Source: Eledone cirrhosa | Taxonomy: Eukaryota | Length of the DNA: 64,000 bases | Assembly (NCBI GenBank): GCA_964016885.1 | Contig: OZ024747.1 | Location: 14,198,001-14,262,000 of the forward strand | Direction of reading: 5' to 3' | Shown: one piece after another, positions 54,941-64,000 of the stretch | Layout: each line of letters starts with the position of its first letter | How positions within the stretch are numbered: the first letter of the stretch is position 1 | Translations under genes and position numbers: made by a program | The notes under the pieces: generated by a model | What the model saw: only the letters and a program-made list of their open reading frames with translations | Told to the model about the DNA's origin: nothing | Databases searched by the model: none

Positions 54941-55026
<86 letters not shown>

Positions 55027-55149
55027 GTATATATCTACATATATATATATCTTAAGGTTAGCCATTCTGGTTTGTGCAGTAATGTTGTATATTGTCTTTG
55101 CCCATTTATTCCTGGGAGAGTCACGGGGGCAGCCTCCTTAAACACGCCT

Positions 55150-55705
55150 TCCAGAGGGCTCTGTCAGAAGCAACAGTTTCGAATTGATCCAACGTCTGCT
55201 CCTTGATCTTCTGTCGTCTGGTTTTGCCTGTAACATCTGCCCAGCGATGATATTCTCAGACAGTCTAACAACATGCTCACAATATCGGCTGAATGACCGC
55301 TCAATTCGGTTCTACCTGGAACTACTCTCTGATCCCTGAGCTACACACTTTATCTAGCAGCCTTACTCAGAAGACTCTTCACACAGCGCCACACCGAGCT
55401 ACATTTGTCTGCAGCATTTAACATCTGAAGTAGAAACTGCCGAGCTGAACAGTCTCTATTCCGTTTTAACGTCATTAGTTTGGTCAAGGACTTCTCTAAA
55501 TTTTGCTGCAATAGTATCTGCACACCTGTTTCTGACTTCCTTATCTACCAGCACTACCCATTTTATTCTGCAGATCAAGTTGGACCAGTAAGTTTTGTGG
55601 GCTTTCTTGGCTTTAGGTAGTCTCAGGGTGCAGATAACTAGAGGCCGAATATTTGATAGCTTAGCTCCTCTCTTAACACTGGCATCCAGTTCAGAATCGA
55701 TGATA
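55150..55705 (-). mobile_element. RTE-like LINE fragment (end of APE domain and linker)
   Basis: LDASVKRGAKLSNIRPLVICTLRL resembles RTE 'V.RGA.LSTDH.LV...LRL'. Confidence 0.6.
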
Positions 55706-56745
55706 TAATATAATATAGTACAATATAATATAACATGATATAATATATAATATAGTATAATATAATATAATATAATATAAAATAGTATAATATTACATAA
55801 TATAGTATAATATAACATAATATAATATAATGTAGTATAATATAATTTAATATAATATAATTGTTTCTACTTTAGGCACAAGGCCAGCAATTACCCAGTA
55901 CATTACTGGTACTTTATTTTATCGACCCCGTAAGGATGAAAGGCAAAGTCAACCTCGGCGGGATTTGAACTCAGATCGTAAAGGGACGTAACTATGCTGG
56001 AAAGCATGGCGTCCGACCCTCTACCGATATTTCCAATCCACCAATTTAATATAATATAATATAATATAATATAATGTAATATAATATAATATAATATAAT
56101 ATAATATAATATAATATAATATAATATAATATAATATAACATAACATAATATAGTATAATATAACATGATATAATACAATATAATATAGTATAATATAAT
56201 TTAATATAATATAATATAATATAATATAATATAATATAATGTAATATAATATAATATAATATAGTAGAGTATAATATAATATAATATAGTATAATATAAT
56301 TTAATATAATATAATATAATATAGTATAATATAATTTAATATAATATAATATAATATAGTATAATATAATTTAATATAATATAATATAGTATAATATAAT
56401 ATAATATAATTGTTTCTACTTTAGGTACAAGGCCAGCAATTACCCAGTACATTACTGGTACTTTATTTTTTATCGACCCCGTAAGGATGAAAGGCAAAGT
56501 TAACCTCGGCAGGATTTGAACTCAGACTGTAATATAATATAATATAATGATTTCTAGAATAGACACAAGACCAGTAATTTGCGGGGAAGGGAAATGCGAT
56601 TAAATCGTCCCCAATACGTTACTGGTATTTTATTTTATCGACTCTGTAAGGATGAAAAGCAAAGTTAACCTCGGCGGGATTTGAAATATGATATAATATA
56701 ATATAAAATGATATCACATAATATAGTATAATGTATGATATATAT
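55704..56745. repeat. (AATAT)n pentanucleotide tract holding three SINE insertions (55857-56042, 56407-56530, 56550-56685; all minus strand)
   Basis: Directly visible. Confidence 0.92.
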
Positions 56746-57346
56746 ATATTAAGGAGATATAAATGAGAAATCTTGTGTGTGTTCGGATGGCTTTCCGACC
56801 TCGACAAATATAAGTATCGTATGTAGAAATTATTATTATTTAATGTATATAATAATTATTATTATTTTCGCTTCTGTATCTTTTATATCTCCATAGTTAA
56901 TTCATTCGGCAATGAATGTTTATCATTGACTAACCAATGGTCGCAAATACAGATATAAATACATATATATAGTCTAACAAAGTTCTTTCGTTGCACATCT
57001 GCAACATCATCAGTGGTACTATTATGTTTCCTCCTGTTGTATTGTATGTCTACGCCATTTTTCTACGCCAAATATATATATATATATATATATAATTATA
57101 AGTTTGACAATATATAGTCCTTAGAAATCAACTAGATAAATAATCATTTAAACGAAGCTAGCTAAGTTTAAAATGTAACTTTGAAGAAATAACAGATAAA
57201 TGTTATCGATATTCCTTTATGAGGAACAATCAGCTAAATTTTACCTAGACTTTCCACTTAGTCCGTAGAAATTAACTAGACAAATAATTAATAAAACGGA
57301 GCTCAATCTAAAATGTAAGTTTGAAGAAAAAAATAGATAAACGTTA

Positions 57347-57435
<89 letters not shown>

Positions 57436-57442
<7 letters not shown>

Positions 57443-57567
57443 TAGCAGATTAAAGTTTAAGCAAAGAATCGCTGCTTTCACCCTTAACGGGATCTTCTGA
57501 GTTTCAGAGGATCCCGTTAAGGGTGAAAGCACCAATTCTTTGCTTAGATTTAATCTGCTATTTTAAT
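57436..57567. mobile_element. ~130-bp palindrome abutting (TA)n, with hammerhead-like arms
   Basis: Arms fold about CTGAGTTTCAG; right arm GTTT-CAGAGGA-tCCC gttaa GGGt-GAAA-GCA...TGC-TT-AGA. Confidence 0.7.
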
Positions 57568-57809
57568 AAATATTTGCTCTAGAATTCTTATGTATTTGAT
57601 ATATATTTATCCTATATTTGATATATATTTATCGAGCCCTCTTTGAATATTAGTCTTCAAATTTATTAGGCCTCTGTACGGTTTCTTTCTGTAAAGTTTT
57701 GCTCACAATGCATTGTTCAGTCCGAGGCTAGTGGATAATAACTCGCATCCAGATCGAACACATAACCACATGTAATAGAAGCGAAATTCTTAACTACTTA
57801 TTTGTTTAT

Positions 57810-57858
<49 letters not shown>

Positions 57859-58577
57859 GATACGTACATATATATATATATCTATATCTACACACATATA
57901 TATATCTATAGCTACACACACGCATAAAATTAGTCGTGTGTGAACGGTGGATGTGCATTTTGCACAATTATGTTGATTGTATTAATGTGTGCAAATATAA
58001 ACATGAAACCAATAAGAAATAACAAAACAAAAAAAAATCTCCAGCGCTGATAGCACCTAAAAAACGATAATGAAGTCTTGACGAAAACGAAGAAATTTAT
58101 TTGAGTGAGAAAACAATAATATGACACAGATGGCAGTAGATTTAGGGTGGTTAATTGCTTCATAAAATACCAACTTAGTTGAAGAAAATATAGATGTATG
58201 TATTATAGAGCAAGGTGAGAGAAATTAAGAAAATGTATGTGTATATATGTATATATATATATATATATGTGTGTAGATATATTATTTTGTTATGTTTGTG
58301 TATATGTATAGTCTTCGTATTGTTTGAATAGGCCCGCTGCAGGATATATGGCACCTCTTGTCAATATAATACCTATAATATATAATATATAATATATAAT
58401 ATAACATATATAATATAACATATATAATATATAATAATCATATATATATATAAACATTTTTACTTTACATACACACACATATATATATATATATATAACA
58501 TTTACACACACACACATATATATGTATATAACATTATATATATTTTTTTACGTTATATATATATATATATATAACGT

Positions 58578-58637
<60 letters not shown>

Positions 58638-59041
58638 CATACATTTTTTTACTTTATATATATATATATATATATTTTTTTTTTTACTTCATATATAAAT
58701 ATATATATATATATATACTTTTGTTTATATATTTGTATATATTTTTACTTCATATGTAGATATGTGTGTGTTCATGTGTCAGCGTATGTATATGTAAACG
58801 AACATATATCTATATACCTCAATATCAACATAAGTACGTACAAGCATAGAATGAAGATATATACGTGTATATTCGTATGTGCGTGTATCTTTGAGAAGGA
58901 AGAGCTAGATATGTTGCAAATATACGTAGATATCTTTGCGTGAGTTTACGTGTATGCACGTTTTTATGAGCACGCGATTGCTTGAATGTGTCTGTGAGTG
59001 TGTTTGTGAATGTGTGTGTGTTTGTGAGTATGCTAAAGAGG

Positions 59042-59137
<96 letters not shown>

Positions 59138-59384
59138 AAATATGTTTTTTGTGAATGAAGGCAAATATTTTCCTCTACCTATTAAGGTTATTTATCAACT
59201 TGTATATCACAGCATAAACATAAAAATATATCTACTATAATTGCATATATCTCACTCTCTCTCTCTCTTCCTCTCCCTCTCACTCACTTTCTCTCTCTCT
59301 CTACCTCTCTCTCTACCTCTGCCTCTCTCTTTCTCTCCCCCCCCCCCCTTTCTCTCTCGCTCTTTCGTTCTCAGTTTCATTTTC

Positions 59385-59419
<35 letters not shown>

Positions 59420-59586
59420 GTATATATATATTTATTTATTTATTTATATATATTTAGATTTGCAAACATACGCACACAAATGTATATATATATATATATA
59501 TATACACAGAAATATATATATACAATATATACAAATATATACATATGTATAACATATATATAATATATATATAATATATATAAATA

Positions 59587-59655
<69 letters not shown>

Positions 59656-59684
59656 ATATATACAAATATATACATATGTATAAT

Positions 59685-59748
<64 letters not shown>

Positions 59749-59915
59749 CTATATATATATAAAATCTATATTATGTATATATATAATGTATATATATTAT
59801 ATATATATATATAATGTATATATATATTATGTATACATATTATATATATATATATATATATATATTATAGATGTATGCATGTATGTTTATATATACACAA
59901 TTTTACATAACTACG

Positions 59916-59989
<74 letters not shown>

Positions 59990-60190
59990 CAGAAAAAACA
60001 TGGAAATAGATAAATACAATAACAAGAGGGCGAGTGTTGATCCTCATTAAAAGGATATCAAAAACACTTCTGAGCTGAGATTTCCCTGCAGCCAAGGTCT
60101 CTTAAATGTCCAACAGCTTTTAGCAATCATTACTCTACTATCTCAGAACAGGATAGGCACTTTCATGTATTATCATTATTATCAAATCAG

Positions 60191-60253
<63 letters not shown>

Positions 60254-60299
60254 ATATATATATATATATACATATATACATATATTATTATCAAATCAG

Positions 60300-60338
<39 letters not shown>

Positions 60339-60405
60339 ATATATATATATATACATATATACATATATACACAACTCTTTCTCTTTTTTCTCTCTCTTTC
60401 TATAT

Positions 60406-60454
<49 letters not shown>

Positions 60455-60470
60455 TATGTAAAAGTCTATG

Positions 60471-60525
<55 letters not shown>

Positions 60526-60537
60526 CTCTCTCCCCCC

Positions 60538-60599
<62 letters not shown>

Positions 60600-61136
60600 A
60601 TATGTATATAATATAGGATATAATAGTTAAAAAGAAATGAACGTTCCTAAATAGTTTCTGATTTTTTCTAATAAGCCTCTATCGCTGTCATATATTTGCT
60701 ATTTTGTAATTGGACAACAACTTACAAAAAATAGGATAATACAAAAAGATGAAAATAACAACAGAGTAAAACAGTAAGGCTAGAAGAACACATCAAAGTT
60801 CAGAGATGTTACTCCTCTAAGCCATAACAGCACAATTTTATATATTATATATACTGACTACTTCATTGTGTTGGAAAACAGTTGAAAAACACGAAGCAAC
60901 AATGTCAGCTAAAGTTTACTTATAAGCCTGGATAGATAGTTAGATAAATATTTAAATAAATTGATAGACAGGATGATGGATAGGTAGAAATATAGGAAAA
61001 TATCAATATTGATATCAGAACTCTTTCGCAATCCATATATATGCGTCTCTGTGTCTATCCATACTTGCATACATGCCATACCTAAATACATATATATATA
61101 TTTATATATACATAAACCGGCACAGCCTTATATATA

Positions 61137-61176
<40 letters not shown>

Positions 61177-61178
<2 letters not shown>

Positions 61179-61229
61179 ATGACCCCTTAGCCTTTGTCAA
61201 GACAGAATTCTAGGAGAAGGAAAACTCTG

Positions 61230-61317
<88 letters not shown>

Positions 61318-61416
61318 GTATATATATCTGTATATATATATATGTATATATGTATATATATATCAGAGTTTTCCTTCTCCTAGAATTCTGTCTTGACAAA
61401 GGCTAAGGGGTTATCT
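61177..61416. repeat. 54-bp inverted repeat (61177-61230 / 61363-61416) around a TA microsatellite
   Basis: One mismatch between arms; related sequence at ~52597-52641. Confidence 0.9.
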
Positions 61417-61979
61417 CTCCCGGTGATTTGTGCAGTGCCTTTGCTCACTATAAAAGCTTCACGGCACAGGCATTGCTTTATATCTGGAGATCTCTCTGCA
61501 CTTGTTATCACATGGTACCATGGGCCCAGCACTATGTGTCAATAATTGTCACAAGTGTAGTGTTTGTACCAGAGATTTTCAAGTTGCTGTCTGGACTAAA
61601 AAGTCACACTCGTTCAGCGCATCGTTAGGGGTTCTCCTACATGGATATAAAGTAGTGGCCGTACTCGAGAACGAGTTGGCAGCCACCATATATATATGTG
61701 TGTGTGTGTGTGTGTGAACGAGAAAATAAGTTTGTTTTTTTTTAAATAAAAAACGAGATGTCCTACACGGGTGAAAGTATAAGTAAACGAAATCGAAAAT
61801 GCGACTGGAGTCTTCTTAAGAATATTCATTTATTTCCTTTACCGGCTTCACAGTTCTTATGCTTTTTAAAAGTAGAATTGCGATGGAGGTTTTGAGGTTT
61901 GTCTCTGATCTGGTTCGTGTTCCAAAACTCTTTCTGTTTTATGTGGTAAGAGTGGCTCTAGAATATCGTGGTAGTTTGT

Positions 61980-62658
61980 AATAATTGTTTCTAATTTGGC
62001 ACAAGGCCAGCAATTACCCAGTGCATTATGGGTACTTTATTTTATCGACCCCCGTAAGGATGAAAGGCAAAGTTAACCTCGGCGGGATTTGAACTCAGAA
62101 TGGCAAGGGCCGTAACTCTATGCGTCAAAGCATGGCGTCCGACCCTCTACCGATACTACTAATCCCCCGTGGTAGTAGTAATAATTGTTTCTACTTTTGG
62201 CACAAGGCCAGCAATTATCCCAGTGCATTACTGGTACTTTATTTTATCGATCCCCGTAAGGATGAAAGGCAAAGTTAACCTCGGTGAGATTTAAAATCAG
62301 ATCGTAAAGGCCCGTAACTCCATGCTGCAAAGCATGGCGTCCTTCCCTCTACTGATACTGCCAATCCACCTAGTAATAATTGTTTCTTATATAGGCACAA
62401 GGCCAGCAATTTTGGCGGAGGGGAAAGTCGATTAAATCGACCCCAGTGCCTGACTGGTACTTTATTTTATCGACCCCGTAAGGATGAAAGGCAAAGTTAA
62501 CCTCGGCGAGATTTGAACTCAGATCGTAAAGGCCCCTAAGTCCATGCTGCAAAGCATGGTGTCCAACCCTCTACCGATACTGCCAATCCACCTAGTAATA
62601 ATTGTTTCTATTTTAGGCACAAGGCCAGCAATTACCCAGTACATTACTGGTACTTTAT
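61980..62658 (-). mobile_element. Four head-to-tail SINE copies
   Basis: Consensus matches at 61980-62165, 62179-62370, 62375-62592 and 62597-62658 (partial). Confidence 0.9.
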
Positions 62659-62699
62659 ACCAAATAGTAATAATAAACACCAAAATCTAGTTTCAGATG

Positions 62700-63680
62700 A
62701 TATCTGTTCGAAGCCTGTTGAAGATAAGGTGATTGTAGATTCAGGCAGCCATTTGTATCAGACTTATTCCACGATAATTACCTGGTTTGGTTTCCTAAGA
62801 TTGCCTTTCTTGCTATCGCGGAAATACGTCATACTTCTGGTGAGTTTCCGTTAAAGGTCTCATTACAAAAGTGCAGTAAAATGCTTTGGAGTTTTTTTAA
62901 ATTTCGACAATTTTAGGGGCTGCTCATCTAAACCTGGTGCCATATTGTGTTTCAACTGATTGATGGTTCTTTTAAGTCCGTCTACGGAGCAATCTTCAAC
63001 AGAAGTATTTGTATTGACATTGTATAAACGTTCGGTCATGAATTCATCATTTATGGTACTGTTGTTATTCAGTAGTGATTGGAAATTATCCAAGCATTGA
63101 GATGTTTTTCACTCCCGATAAATTTGACTCTCCAGTTCTTTTTGCCTGATAATTTCTTTATCAATTTCCATGAATTCTTTTGGTAGTCAGTTGACTTAGA
63201 ACTGTCGAAGAAGTTGAGGAGAATATTGATTCTTTTGTCTTACTCCTTGCAATACTCCTCTTGTAGACGTTAGTTTGGTTGTATGTCCTTAATCTTAGAT
63301 TGTAAGATATTGGAGTGAGCTGCAGTTACTGAGGGTGGTTCGGAAGACAAGATGTTTGATCTTTTAGGGATGTTTTGCCTTCCTAATTCAGTGCTGATTT
63401 CAATGAAATTCTTGTATAGTTTGACAGATAAAATTGTCCATTTTTCTATTAATTTATTTTCAACTTTTGCTGCTACACTAGGGTTAGACAAATCTTTCCA
63501 CTTAAGAGTTTTTGATAGAATTTTCGCTGGTGCACGAAGGATGAGTTTGTATTTAACAACTATTCGGTGACCTGAACCAATCGGTTCTGATGAAGAATGA
63601 GTTTGGCAATCATGGATGCTGTTGCACCATTTCGTTCTGCAAAGAACATCATAAATTTTACAAAGACCAAGATTAAGAAA
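62700..63680 (-). mobile_element. Degenerate RTE-like LINE fragment (APE end to RT start)
   Basis: SSEPIGSGHRIVV (SDH-like) and INQLKHNMAPGLD (KAPG.D motif). Confidence 0.65.
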
Positions 63681-63706
63681 TCTCTAAGTCCTTAGACAAT
63701 CTGAAC

Positions 63707-64000
63707 GTATCGGTAGAGCGCCGGACAACATGCTTTGCAGCATAGACTTTTGGCCCTTTACGTTCTGAGTTCAAATCCTGCCGAGGTTAGCCTTGCTTTT
63801 ATCCTTACGGAGTCGATAAAATAAAATAGCAGTAATGCACTGGGGTCAATTTAATCGACTTTCCCCTTCCCTTCAAATTGCTGGCCATGTGCTAAAAGTA
63901 GAAACCAATATCATTATTGTTATTATTGTTATCATTATTATTATTGTAGGGTGGTAGATTGGCAGAATCGGTAGAGCGTCAGACACCATGCTTTCTAGCA
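63707..64000 (+). mobile_element. Two SINE copies (the second runs off the window)
   Basis: Consensus match. Confidence 0.85.

Noticed and set aside
63586-63600. CTGATGA motif
   Set aside because: Antisense of LINE coding remnant, with no downstream GAAA or stems.

Overview
This is AT-rich, intron/intergenic-type animal genomic DNA. The SINE family and microsatellite load suggest an octopod cephalopod (inference). I found no credible host protein-coding gene; nearly all listed ORFs are artefacts of (TA)n, (CA)n, (GA)n, (TTA)n, (GGT)n and (GAA)n tracts. The window contains: (i) two R4/Dong-clade restriction-endonuclease non-LTR retrotransposons with 3' ends in TAA microsatellites, one full-length but dead (5311-8920) and one 5'-truncated with an intact RT-CCHC-RLE frame (10017-13495); (ii) about 30 copies of a tRNA-derived SINE; (iii) fragments of RTE, Penelope and Gypsy elements, a Helitron end, U6 and tRNA-Ile pseudogenes, and three minisatellites. 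The strongest hidden signal is a set of about 10 type-I hammerhead ribozyme motifs of unrelated primary sequence, most with palindromic stem III. They sit in short non-coding, Penelope-pLTR-like cassettes that are usually embedded in (TA)n/(CA)n tracts and often folded back into inverted repeats. One recurring palindromic family keeps only the 3' half of the ribozyme. All ribozyme calls were made by eye and none has been tested for activity.
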